Shown here in pieces: positions 14,181-27,200 of a stretch of 64,000 bases of DNA. The notes under the pieces are model-generated. The model was not told the origin of the DNA and ran no database searches. It saw nothing but the letters and a program-made list of their open reading frames with translations. Positions within the stretch are counted from its first letter, which is position 1; every line of letters starts with the position of its first letter. This DNA is from Octopus sinensis (taxonomy: Eukaryota), in NCBI RefSeq assembly GCF_006345805.1, contig NC_043008.1, positions 79,608,001 to 79,672,000 on the forward strand, in the 5' to 3' direction. The position numbers were made by a program, and so were the translations under genes.

Positions 14181-15464
14181 TAAATTGGACTATAACTCTC
14201 CATAACTTTCGTTACCTGGTCCAACAATTTGATACATCTGTAATTACTTCTATCTAGGGCATCTCATTTACTCTTGTAACATCTCACTATAATGCTACTA
14301 CACCAGTCATTGAACTAAAACCTCCCTGAACAACCTGATTGACAATACAGGTGTCTAGGGCATATCCTACTTTACCAGGTATTTTAAGCACCTCAGTAGT
14401 GATTCCAGATGGTCCAGGGGCTTTCCTCTTTTCACATTCTTCACTGCTTTATTTATCATACTGTTGTCAACTAACATAGCTGGTCCCTCTGTAAGGTCCA
14501 TAATATGAAGACCCTCTTTCTCCCAAGAATTCTCCACATTTAACAAGTCTTTCATAATACTTTCATACCTCTTTTCAAAGCCACCAAGTGTAGGTGTGCC
14601 ATTATCTATCTGCAACATTAGCAAATTTACTTTCTGCTTCTCTTTTTGCAATGTAAACCTATTGTCTAGTTTCCCTGCTGGCTACCTGATATAATTCTTT
14701 GCTACTACCACTTTCCCAGTCTTTCCACTATGTCACCCTTGTAGATAATCAAGTTGTTTGCATTATACAACTCAAAGAGTCTTGTCCCTTCCTCAATTCT
14801 AAAGCCAAAGCCATACCCTTCATATACACCATGGATTGCCACTGAATGTATTTGCTGAAGTCATTAACCACAAAAATAAAGTCAGTGTCATTTGTTGCTG
14901 AGGTAGTCTATAAAAGGACCTTATAAAATTGGTCCCACTGACCATCTGCCAATTGGGGTTGTGGATCAGAGGCAAAGATAAATGTAACTGTTAATTTACC
15001 TAAAACTAGTTTCATCTTAACTTCCTCAATTACTTTGTCTACTCATTTTTTCTGGCAAAAGAATCTGTAGCTGTACTCTTTGCCAGTGAAGAATCTAGCT
15101 GAAGCTCTCCTCTATATTATCTTTTGCACACAGCACACATCTACAATATCCCCTCTCTAGCATTTCAACAATTTCATTGGTCCTACCTTTCATTGTATCA
15201 ATGTTGATTGTAGCCACTCTGAAGTTGTGGTCTGTTGAGGAACAACAGATGGGGAACTGTTGTTATCACATGAAAACACTTGGCAGCTGGCAGAGGGACC
15301 CTGTACATGTCATAGGTAATTTAATAAGGGTTAGAGTCGTACAAGATTTAGATAAATATATACTTACATAAAGAGACCAAAGTGCACGTATGCCACTATA
15401 TATATATATTTCGTTTTGGGATTTGGTTTGCAAGAGACTTTATATGAGTTCATGTGTTGAAGCA

Positions 15465-15612
15465 TATTCTGTTGTGTCTGGGGCGAGTATTTTCTTTTTG
15501 CGCCAGATAATTTAACACACTCACCAATAAAATAAGAAATAAGTGGAAATTTTACCGGTGTGTTAAATTATAAGGCACAAAAAGAAAATGACTCTCCCCA
15601 GACACAATAGTA
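15465..15612. repeat. Short foldback / MITE-like inverted repeat
   Basis: ttgtgtctggggcgagtattttctttttgcgcc...ataatttaacaca versus tgtgttaaattataaggcacaaaaagaaaatgactctccccagacacaa. Confidence 0.7.
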
Positions 15613-16082
15613 TATATATATATCTGTATATATAACAGGCAGGATGTGTATGTGTGTATACATGAATGTAGTTTATGCACATCCACAAATTAGCACGCAT
15701 GTCGCTCAAATTTTAGGAGGACATTCGTCACAATCCTAGCTGTATTTTTGTCAAATTATTTTCCCCCAAGGCACTATCGAATAGCTGCAAAAATAATTTT
15801 GAACCATAACTTCTAACAATTTTCAAGTCGGAGAAATACAACATCATTTGCAAATATGAGTTAAGTCCCCTTCTAGCGACGGTGTAAAGAGAGGGAAAGA
15901 GAGAGATAACAGATTTTTAAAATTTCGTCTTTTTAGTGAGTGATTGACAGGCAAAAACAGACAGACAGGGGTTGTTATGTATGTATGTATGTGTAAATGA
16001 CTTCAGTCTCACACACACACACACACAAATACGAACATGTATGCATACAAAACACTTGTATGTAATGTGTGTGTGTGTGTTG

Positions 16083-16135
<53 letters not shown>

Positions 16136-16317
16136 CACAATATAAACGATATTCACCGTTTCTCCACAACTAATTTCCAAATCAACTGAATCCGTTGCTC
16201 TACTCATAGCAATATATAGCTGGTCGTGCATGAACATGGGAGAGAGCAGAAGGTACCAGAGCAAAAATCATAAGTGTTGACTGTAGACATGCTCCTTCGC
16301 AAACGATCAGCTATTAT

Positions 16318-16540
16318 TTTGTAAACAATGTTTTGAAACTGTTCATGTTTTCGAAAGGAGAGACCTGACACATCTCTGCGGGGGAAGGTAGGCCTCTCCA
16401 TTCCTCTTACAAAACTTATATCCGGGTGCAAAATTTGCATTTTGTAAACAATGTTTCGAAACTGTTCATGTTTTCGAAAGGAGAGATCTGACTCTCACAT
16501 CTCTGTGGGAGATGGTAGGCCTCTCTATTCCTCTTACGGG
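16318..16540. repeat. Tandem duplication of an approximately 120-bp unit
   Basis: tttgtaaacaatgttt...ttttcgaaaggagag...ggtaggcctctc..ttcctcttac occurs twice. Confidence 0.75.
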
Positions 16541-17344
16541 TGTCAAATTTGCTTCAATTGATGGTATTACTCAGGGGGGAAACAGGGGCAGGGGCAAGGG
16601 CGTACAAAAAATATGTATCCAATAGGTGTATGTACATATATATTTGTGTGTGTGTGTTAGCCATATATATCTATACTTAGTTGTGATCTGAACATAAGCG
16701 CTTCTCACACAGAGGATTGGGGGCAATGGGGCGTTACATGATGGCAGGGGTGTTTTCAAAAGGGTTGGATATGCAACCTGATCACCTCTGCCGATCAAAC
16801 TCCCAACCAATGCGCTCCCGTTGTGACACTGATTCTGAAGAACTGAGTCGGATTTGAAAACCAACTTTAAAGTATAAATACAGATGTTTTTGAATCAGCA
16901 ATGTTGTGTTTGGTTAAGTCCTATTTGGAGTGAAAAATCAATAAACTGATTCCTTATGGGGTTTTTCATTTAATCAGGATAAAAAAATTGATAATCTGAT
17001 TCCTTATAGGACTTCCCACTAAAATTGGCTACACCCCATTTTCAACCATAACTTTTACCAATTTTGATGTATTTTGTTCAAACTTGATGCCAGCATTACA
17101 TGGGACTCATGGGATCTTTGAATGTTTTAAGTTCTACAAAAACGAAAAAAAAAAAACAATTGATGAGTGGAAAAAATCAATAAACCAATTCTTCATGGGA
17201 TTTCCAATCAAATTGTCTGCAACTCATTTTCAGCCAAAAGTTTATCAATTTCAACAAATTTTGCTCAAATTTGACGTCGATGTTACTTAGTTTGGTTTGA
17301 AATAAAGAGCTTGATTAGCTTAATAATCCTAACTTAATTTCAAA

Positions 17345-17525
17345 CAGAGGTTCACAATTAAAACTAGTTTCACCTGTGCCTCTGAAAACCTAATTTATGT
17401 AATAACCTGCTCGGGTTGCGGGCACCACTATATTGGACAAACGAGTATGACCTTGAGAAAGAGAACCACTCTACATCCGTTTCCCGCAATACTAGTACAT
17501 ATATATATATATATTATATATATAT

Positions 17526-17595
<70 letters not shown>

Positions 17596-17844
17596 AAAAA
17601 TACAAAATGGGACAAGAACACAAAACATCCAGACAGTTAGGTGATACAAAAAAGGGACAACAAAACATCCAGATAGACGTATACAAAGAAAATAAGGATG
17701 GGTCATTCAGAGTTTTCTTTCCTCAAACCAGCCAAAATTGCAAACATAATCTGAAACTCAACTGAGAAAAGAAACTCTAAATGACTCGTCCTTGTTTTCT
17801 TTGTATCGTATATCTGGGTGTTTTGCGTTCTTGTCCCATTTTGT

Positions 17845-17921
<77 letters not shown>

Positions 17922-18650
17922 GCATACATACATTTTGATCTCTTATATGTAAGTATATATTTATCTAAATCTTGTAATTTTGTACGACTATTCTTTCTTT
18001 TATTCTTTCTTTCTTTCTATCAGCCCTTTCATACTTACTTCACTCATTCCACTCTTCATTCTTTTATTCCTCGTCTCTCATATTTCCTTGCCTTCTCTTC
18101 GTGCTCACTTTCATTCCTCTTTTCACTTCAGTGTCCGTCATTTTTTCTTGCCCATCCTTAATTCTTCTGTCCCTCTACCTCTACCTCTCTCTTCTCTCCA
18201 CCACGTGACCTGAGTTCGGCCAAGCCTGACCTTTCTGTCTTGATTCGGATGCTGTCTGTGCAACATCTATATTCCTCCCTGTGCCTGTCAAATCTTATGT
18301 CCCTGCTGTAAGGCTTTATTTCCGCACACGCCAGCTAAATTTAATTCGTCCTTAGTCGAAAAGCACCTGTTATGTCCTGTTACTTGCATTTGTGTACCAG
18401 TCTCCGTTTTTCTTTTTCCGTCCTTGTTTTTGTATAAATGCGCTGCTTTCTTCCAAAGAATCTAATGCTCTTAGCTTAGATTTTCCTTGGGACTGGCCAG
18501 ATTGGAGCAATCTTGAGTATAACCAGCCAAAATTGCAAAGATAAGCTGGAACTCGATTATGGAGGTCATGCGTTCTTGTCATATGTTGTATTTTTTATAT
18601 ATAGCAGCATACATACACTTTGTTCTCTTATATGAAAGTATGTATATATA

Positions 18651-18692
<42 letters not shown>

Positions 18693-19470
18693 ATATGGAC
18701 AGACGTTCACAATTAAAACTAGTTTCACCTGTGCCTCTGAAAACCTAATTTATGTAATAACCTGCTCGGGTTGCGGACACCACTATATTGGACAAACGAG
18801 TATGACCTTGAGAAAGAGAACCACTCTACATAAGGAGCAAATCCGTTTCCCGCAATACAGACAAATTCCTCTCAGTGAACATATAGAAAAATGTGCAGGT
18901 AACATCAAACCAAATTTCACAGTCTTCCCTTTCTACCAGTGCAAAGACAATCTCTCAACTAGAACATTTAAATAAAGAAACTTTTTTCATTGAAAAATAC
19001 AAAACATGTCTTAATATGCATGCATAACCAACTTTTATCTTTTTACATATTTCAATTCACGATTACATCACTGTAAATAAATCCCCTACTAAACAAGGTT
19101 TTTAAAACTTGTCTCTGTCTGTACACATATATAATCCCCACCCATTACCGAAAGCGGAACAGTTATCTCCCTTACCCACAACAATAACAATAGTAATGAC
19201 AACCAATTACCTCCCTTTATTTATTTCCTTGGGAAGTCATTCACTCGTGAATTTCATCACACACAATATGGACCAAATTTCTTCTTAAGAAAAAATATAT
19301 ATTCAAATAAGTAAAACATATCATGAATAGCAATAGTGAAACCGGTCAATATATTAAAAATTATATCAAAACTATGTAAGTGTGCGTATTTTCCTTTTTT
19401 AATTTCTTATATACATTACAACTCACCACGTGGGGATAATCAAAATTCCTCTTTTCTGTTACTACTACTA
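17345..19470 (+). mobile_element. Penelope-like element fragments: duplicated GIY-YIG piece (17345-17490 and 18700-19020), inverted pLTR-like pair and 3' UTR, interleaved with TA tracts
   Basis: FTCASENLIYVITCSGCGHHYIGQTSMTLRKR is a GIY-YIG motif; 17593-17707 and 17780-17850 are inverted copies of each other. Confidence 0.75.
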
Positions 19471-19493
19471 TATATATATATTATATATATATA

Positions 19494-19579
<86 letters not shown>

Positions 19580-19701
19580 ACAGATATATATATACATACA
19601 CATACACATATATATACACATACATATACACACACACACATATATATATATATACATATAAATACATATATTTATATATATATATATACATATACATATA
19701 A

Positions 19702-19778
<77 letters not shown>

Positions 19779-19804
19779 TATACATATACATATAAATACA
19801 TATC

Positions 19805-20270
19805 ATTATCATCATCATCATCATCATCATCGTTTAACATCCACTTTCCATGCTAGCATGAGTTGGATGATTTGACTGAGGTCTGGCAAACCAGACTCCA
19901 ATCTGATCTGGCAGAGTTTCTACAGCTCGATGCCCTTCTTAATGCCTACCACTCCGAGAGTGTAGTCAGTACTTTTACATGCCACCGGCATGAGGGCCAG
20001 TTAGGTGGTACTGGCAACAGCCATGCTCAAATGGTGCTTTTTATGTGCCACCTGCACAGGAGCCAGTCCAGCAGCACTAGCAACAACCTCACTCGAATGT
20101 TTTTTTCATGTGCCCCCAGGACAAGTGCCTGTAAGGCGACACAGGTAACGATCACACTCAAATGGCGTTTTTAACATGCCATCGGCACGAAGGCCAGCTT
20201 GTTGCACTGGCAACGATCTCAGTCGTAGGGTACTAGCAACAGATGCCAGTCACCAAGTTTGATTTCGATT
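19805..20270 (-). mobile_element. RTE 3'UTR with (GAT)n tail
   Basis: Reverse complement of the 22080-22418 UTR; (CAT)n tract at 19805-19831. Confidence 0.75.
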
Positions 20271-20276
20271 TCAAAT

Positions 20277-20310
<34 letters not shown>

Positions 20311-20326
20311 TATAAATAATATATAT

Positions 20327-22418
20327 GAGAATGAATGGGAGGAGGAGAGCCTGCCAAATGTTGACCCAGTAGAGGGACCAGCTATCCAAATAGACAGCTG
20401 GTTATGTGGGCTATGGTCTAGTCACCCACATTGTAAACCAGGTAGTTCATAATGGAGTCATACCCAATGACTGGCATAGCAGCACCATAGTCAACTGCTA
20501 CGAGGGTAAGGGTGATGCTCTAGATAGAAATAACTACAGGGGTATTAAACTGTTGGATCAGGTGATGAAGGTCACAGAGAGGGTCATAACCCATCTCATT
20601 AGGGAGAGAATTTGCTTAGATGAGATGCAATTCGGTTTTGTGCCGGGTAGAAGCACCACTGATGCTATATTCCTGGTCCAACAACTGCAGGAGAAGTACC
20701 TAGCTAAAGATAGACCCCTCTACATAGCTTTTGTGGACTTGGAGAAAGCCTTTGACAGGGTTCCCTGATCCCTTATCTGGTGGTCGATGCGGAAACTGGA
20801 GATTGACGAATGGCTAATAAGGGCTGTACAGGCTCTATACAGAGAGGCTATCAGCAAGATTAGGATTGGCAACGAATATAGTGAAGAATTCCGGGTAGAA
20901 GTAGGTGTACACCAAGGCTCAGCCCTCAGTCCCCTTTTATTCATCATAGTCCTCCAGGCAATAACAGAAGAATTAAAAACAGGTTGCCCCTGGGAGCTCC
21001 TTTATGCTGATGACCTGGCTCTCATAGCAGAATCACTACCGGAACTAGAAAAGAAATTTCGGGTGTGGAAACAAGGGTTAGAATCAAAGGGCCTTAGAGT
21101 AAATGTAGCAAAGACTAAAGTTATAGTAAGCAGAAAGGCGAACTCAGCACACACCCCATCAGGCAGGTGGCCCTGCTCAATCTGTAGGAAAGGTGTAGGT
21201 AGAAACTCCATAAGATGTACCCAGTGTAAGCTATGGACGCATAAGAGGTGCAGCAACACCAAAGGAAAATTAACTGATAAGATAGCTTTCATGTGCGGCA
21301 GATGCACAGGGACAATAGACACCACAAATACTCAGAAAACAGATTCCATCACACTCCAGGGGGAGAAACTAGAAGTAGTTGATAGTTTCTGCTACCTGGG
21401 TGACCAAGTTAGTAGTGGAGGTGGATGCTCAGAGAGTGTCACCACTAGAATACGAATAGCCTGGGCAAAGTTTAGAAAGCTCCTACCCCTACTGGCGACA
21501 AAGGGTCTCTCACTCAGAGTGAAAGGTAGATTGTATGATGCATGTGTGCGAACTGCCATGCTTCACGGCAGTGAAACATGGGCCGTGACTGCAGAGGACA
21601 TACGTAGACTTGAAAGAAATGAAACTAGCATGATCCACTGGATGTGTAATGTCAGTGTGAATGCACGACAGAGTGTAAGCGCCCTGAGAGAAATGCTAGA
21701 TATAAGAAGCATCAGATGTGGTGTGCAAGAGCGACGCTTGCGATGGTATGGTCATGTACTGCGGATGGATGAGGAGAGATGTGTGAAGAAGTGCCGCTCC
21801 CAAACAGTTGAAGGAATCAGGGGGAGGGGTAGACCCAGGAAGACATGGGATGAGGTAGTCAAGCATGACCTCAGAGCATTGGGCCTCACTGAGGCAATGG
21901 CGAAGGACCGAGATCTCTGGAGATGTGTTGTGACTACAAAGACCCGGGCTGCTTCCGGCTCCAGTTCCGCATAGGCCCTGCCCATTCAAAGTACCTTAGA
22001 TCCCGGAACGTCTCGCTGTGCTTGAGGAGACCTGTTGAGTCAAGTGCATGTACACAAACATCGAAACAAATATCAATGGAAATAGTAGTTGTGATACCTG
22101 TGCTGGTGGCACATAAAAAGCACCATCCGAACGTGGCCAATGCCAGCTCCGCCTTGGCTGGCTTCCGTGCCGGTGGCACGTTAAAAGCACCGACTGATCG
22201 TGGCCGATGCCAGACCCCCCTGGCACCTGTGCAGGTGGCACGTAAAAAGCACCCACTACACTCGCGGAGTGGTTGGCATTAGGAAGGGCATCCAGCTGTA
22301 GAAACACTGCCAGATCAGACTGGAGCCTGGTGCAGCCCTGGCTTCCCAGACCCCGGTCGAACCGTCCAACACGTGCTAGCGCGGAAAATAGACGTTAAAC
22401 GATGATGATGATGATGAT
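20327..22418 (+). mobile_element. 5'-truncated RTE-clade LINE with nearly intact RT (one in-frame TGA at 20766-20768), PHD-like finger, 3'UTR and (GAT)n tail
   Basis: Same-frame ORFs 20406..20768 and 20787..21974 contain NYRGIKLL, FVDLEKAFDRVP, GVHQGSALSPLLF, LLYADDL and RLRWYGHV. Confidence 0.93.
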
Positions 22419-22427
22419 GTATATGTA

Positions 22428-22850
22428 TGTAGAAGGAATCCAGGATAGAGGGAGACCCAGGATGACATGGGATGAGGTAATGAAGCATGATCTTTGAATG
22501 TTGGGCCTCATAGAGGCAATGACGAAAGACCGAGACCTCTGGAGATATGCTGTGACTGTGAAGACCCGGCAAATAAAGTGAGTTCACGGCTGTATCCTAC
22601 ACAAGTTCCGCATAACCAGCCCCAGCCCATTCAAAGTAACTTGGACGATAGGGCGACCTGCTGTGCTTGAGGAGACCTATTGAGTCCAGTACATCAATAT
22701 CAAAATGAAAATCAAATGGAAATTGTAGTTGTGATCCCTGTGCTGGTGACACATAAAAAGCACCCACTACACTCACAGAGTGGTTGGCATTAGTAAGGGC
22801 ATCCAGCTGTAGAAACTTTGACAGATCAGATTGGAGCCTGGTGCAGCCTC
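22428..22850 (+). mobile_element. Second RTE 3'-end fragment
   Basis: Diverged repeat of 21810-22340. Confidence 0.75.
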
Positions 22851-22865
22851 CATATATACATATAT

Positions 22866-23108
22866 ATTGGGTTGTCCGGAAAGTTCGTGCCGATTTTTAA
22901 AGGAAAGAAAAAGGTCAATAAATACTTGCCATTACATTTTTAATCAACCATATATGAACCATTTTGTTGCACAATGTGTCTCTATCTTTCCTTTAACTTG
23001 AAAATACCCTCTTCCCAGAATTGAGGTGGTTTCATGGCAAAGAATTCATCAAGGTATCTTTTTACGTCATCCAAGGAATTGAAATTTTTACCATTAAGAC
23101 TATTCTGC
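22866..23108 (-). mobile_element. Mariner 3' end with TIR
   Basis: LQNSLNGKNFNSLDDVKRYLDEFFAMKPPQFWEEGIFKL; TA-flanked ttgggttgtccggaaagttcgtgccg terminus. Confidence 0.75.
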
Positions 23109-24190
23109 AGAGACCTGCCAGCACGATCAGTAGGAATGGCTTTGAAATTTTTCACTTTCACCTTGGCTTCCAAGTGGAGGTTACTGAGATGGGTTTCAGT
23201 GAGGACGAAGAAAGGGAAGTGGTTTGGATGGGCATCAACCCAGCCCTCCAGGAATTTTATCTTCCATTTTTGAGTATTGGTGGAAGGGCTGATGCCTTGG
23301 GCGTTAAGCAAAAATGTTGAGGTGAGAGTGGATGGTTTTAATTATTTTGGTGTTTTGTTTATTTGCTTGCTTTTTAATGGCATGTGCAGTGGTGTGATAG
23401 TGGTGGATGGTGCTGGGTGATAGCTCGGATGGTTTTTTCCAGTTTTTTTGCTAGATTCATAATAGCTAAAAAAGAGGAAGAAGTTTCCTGTCTAGAGAAC
23501 TGTAGGTGACTGTGGTTGCGGTTATTTTTATGAGTCATAGGTTTTTTTGTTTTTATTTCTATTATCATTTGTCCGACGAGTCCCCGGGAGATGGGTAAAG
23601 GACAATCCTTGTGCAAACACAATCTGTCTCACTGGGAATAGCGGCAGATTTGGGGATTCCTTATTTGAGATATTGGTGGTTGTGGTAGTGTTGTAATAGA
23701 GTATGTATTATGGTAGTGGCTGTTGTAGTTTGTGGGGATAGAGTGTTTTGTCCCAGGTAAATGGGTGAATTTGCAATGTCTATCAGTGCATAATCTGTAG
23801 TGAAGAGAATAACAGCAAATGATGGGGTTTCAAGTGGGTGTGTAGGTGCGTGTGTGAGTTGTGAGAGGTGTAGATGATAGTTTGTTGAGGTTTCAGTGCC
23901 CTTTGTGACCTGTGGGAGGTAGAGTTCTTGAACTACTAGTAGGGGGTAGATTCCTTGAGGTAGATGGAATGGTAGTAGTAATAGTAGGCAGAAGAGATGT
24001 TGACAGTGATGATTGAGGAGGTGAATTCCATGAGATAGCTGTAGACAAAGATATTTTGGGATTGATAGCAGTAGTAGTACTGTAGTAGTAGGCAGAGGAG
24101 ATGATGTTAACAGTGATGATGAATGAGCTACTGGGTCAATGAAAGAAAGAGGTAGTGCTTCCTGCTGTGAGACCCTGGTGACTGGGAAGT
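23109..24190 (-). mobile_element. LINE 5' region (CR1/L2-like): ORF1 remnant with Cys/His fingers and the start of the APE endonuclease
   Basis: LLNAQGI...FFVLTETHL APE motifs in ORF 22982..23311; CCCH-like residues near 23580-23820. Confidence 0.55.
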
Positions 24191-24257
24191 TAATATATAT
24201 ATTTCAGATCAAATCACTTGCTATGTGAGTACATCTCCCTATATATATATATATATA

Positions 24258-27200
24258 ACGGGAAGCTTTATGAAAGTAAACAAAAGACGAAGGCAGGTGG
24301 AAAACAAACGAACAATTGTATTAGTATGGCGCTCAGGAAATATAAATAAAACAAGTCTTTAACGTTTCGAGCCTACGCTCTTCAACAGAAAGATACACAG
24401 AGAGAGGAAAACACACAGAAAGAAGGAGAGAAAAAAATGCGTGCAGTAGATAACGAATCAACATGGCGATCTGATTTCGGCCAGAGGTCAAAGATCAAAC
24501 ATGAGACGCGAGAGCGAAATAAGGGGAGATAATGGGTTGATAAAAGGGTGAGGGACCAGCTAATAGTGCGTAGGAGGGGTCTGGATGTGTGTATGTATAG
24601 GGTTGGTGTATGTATTAGTATGTATAAGGGTGTGTGTGTGTGTGTGTGTGTATGAGAGAGTATTAGTGCGTAGGATTGGTCTGGACGTGCGTATGTATGG
24701 GGTTGGTGTATGTATTAGTATGTATTAGTATGTATTAGTACGTATTAGTATGTATTAGTACTTATGTATAAGTGTGTATAAGTGTGTGTTGTGTGTGTAT
24801 GAGAGAGTATAAGTGCGTATGCGGGGTCTGGACGTGTGTATGTATAGGGTTGGTGTATGTATTAGTATGTACTAGTATGTATTAGTACGTATTAGTATGT
24901 ATTAGTTGGTGTGTGTATTAGTATGGCACATCATATGTGATGTGATGTGTAAAGTCATGTGGTGTAGTGAGGAGAAGAGGGGGAGAGAAGGGAGGGAAGA
25001 GAGGGGGAAGAGGAGAGGAGGGGGAGGAGGGGTGAAGGAGGAAGAGGGAAGGAGTGAGGGAGCAGAGGGAAGGGGAAGAGGGAGGGAGAAAGGGGAAAAA
25101 AGGGGAAGAAGGGAAGGGGAGTAGGGGTGAAAGGATGAAGGACTGAAAGTATGGTCGGGGGAAAGGATAGGTGAGGGGGGGGGAGAGGGGGGTTAGATGA
25201 GGAGGGGGAGGAGGGGGGAGAGTTGGACCAAATGGCGTATAGAGCGAAGAGAGAAGATTAATTCCTGTTCACGGCGCAAACGGGAATCCGGATGGCCTCT
25301 GTGTAAGGACAAACCGAACACAGATAGGTGTTGCAAGGAGTGACCGGTGGAGTGGAAATGGCGTGAGACCGGTGTGTCGTTCGCAAGTTGGATGTCACGA
25401 AGGTGTTCCGCGAACCGGTCAGCCAAGCGGCGTCCCGTTTGTCCGATGTACAAGGAATTGCAGAGAAGCAAGAGATGCAATAGATAATATTGCTGGAGGT
25501 GCAGGTGAAGGAGTGGATGATGGGATAGGGTCGATGGTGGGTGCTAGTGAGGCGGGTGGTGTTTGGAGAGGTAAGGGCAAGTGCGGCAACGTGGGCGGGA
25601 GCAGGGGAACGAGCCGGGTTGGGAGGTAGGGTCAGGGAAGGAGCTATGGACCAAAAGGTCTCGAAGGTTGTGGGCTCGTTTGAAAGAGGGGAGGGGTCGG
25701 TTAGGGAAGAGGTGTGAAGTGGACGGGTCGGACTGGAGATGACGGAAAGCTCGAAGAATGGTGCGTTGGAGACGTAGGGTCGTGTGGTGGTAAGTGAGGG
25801 GAAAAGGGAGGCGGGAGACTACAGGGCGGGTTCGGGGAGAGAGAGCAGATACACGGTCCACGGACCGTGCTCTGGCAAGGGCGGTGTGGATAGTGGTGAG
25901 GGGTATCCACGTAGGGTGAAGTGGTGAGCCATACGTTGAGACGAGTCTCAAAGTCATGGTCGTCACTACAGAGCCTACGTAGACGGAGGAATTGGGAATA
26001 GGGGATGGAAAGCTTGGTGTGTTCTGGGTGGGAGGAAGAGAAGTTGAGGTATGAGTGTGAGTCTGTGTGTTTGTAGTGAATGGAGGTGTTAAGAGTGGAG
26101 TGAAGAATGCTAACCGAAATGTCGAGGAAGGAGACAGAGGTGTTGGAGATAGTGGAAGTGGAAGTGGAGGGCTGGATGGAAAGATTGGACGAAAAGAGGA
26201 AGGAATCTAGATGTTCGCGGGAGAGTGAGGTGGCACCGATAATGTCGTCAATGTAAAGACCATATAGTTCAGGAGTGGGACCAGTGAAATTAGAGAATAT
26301 TTGGGCCTCAACATAGCCAACGAAGGTTCGCATAGTTGGGGCCCATTCGCGTTCCCATGGCCACTCCGAGACCTGATGGTAGAACTCGCCCGCGAACGAG
26401 AAGCAGTTCAGAGTAAGGACAAGTTCGGCCAGACGAATGAGTGTGGAGGTGTCAGGTACAGGGTTAGAGCGGAGGTCAAGAAGTGTCGAAGGGCCTGCAG
26501 TCCTTCGTGGTGAGGGATAACAGTATAGAGGCTTTGGATGTCCATAGTAAAAGGATTTTGGAGGAGCCGGGAGGAAAGGAGAAAGAGTTGAAAAGCCGGA
26601 GAGCATGGTTGTATCGTGGATGTGGGAGGGAAGAGATGCCACTAGGGGGGCAAGGACACGGTCGAGGTATTTAGAGATGAGCTCCGTGGGGCAGTTACAG
26701 GCGGAGACGATGGGGCGGCCAGGGTTGTTGGGTTTGTGGATTTTGGGGAGGAAGTAAATGGTGGGGGTACGTCGGGTTCGCACAATTAGGTTGGATGCGG
26801 TGCGGGGGAGACGGGAGGACGAGATGAGGTCTTGGACAGTAGAGGATACCGTCTGTTGGTAGCTACGTGTGGGGTTAGAGGGCAGAGGGGGAATAGAAGG
26901 AGGTGTCATTGAGTTGGCGGAAAGCCTCGGCCCTATAGAGGTCCGCGCGTCACACCACTACAGCTCCACCCTTGTCAGCCGGTTTGATGATAATGTCAGC
27001 GCGCCGTTGGAGGGAACGAAGAGCCAAGAGCTCAGCCGGGGAGATGTTGAGGCGGCGTTGGCGCCTGGAGAAGTTGAACCGCTCCAATGCACGCTGACAA
27101 GCGCCCGCGAAAAGATCCACTGCTAGGATCTGGCCAGGGGCAGGCGTCCACGGGGATGGTCGGCGGCCCAGGCCAGTGAAGCAGTCCTCTTCGTTGGGTG

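Larger units (their letters stand above)
12680..15250 (-). mobile_element. Decayed RTE LINE (APE and RT remnants), split by a MITE
   Basis: LRQLQEKYFTKSKSLYLVFDDLEKTFNRV, NYRCIKLLDQVTKVMERV and APE-region residues near 15100-15230. Confidence 0.75.

Noticed and set aside
19338-19347. GAAACCGGTC (also on the minus strand at about 34144-34153), resembling the 3' half of a PLE hammerhead
   Set aside because: No recognisable CUGANGA with a pairing stem II upstream; possibly decayed but not supportable.
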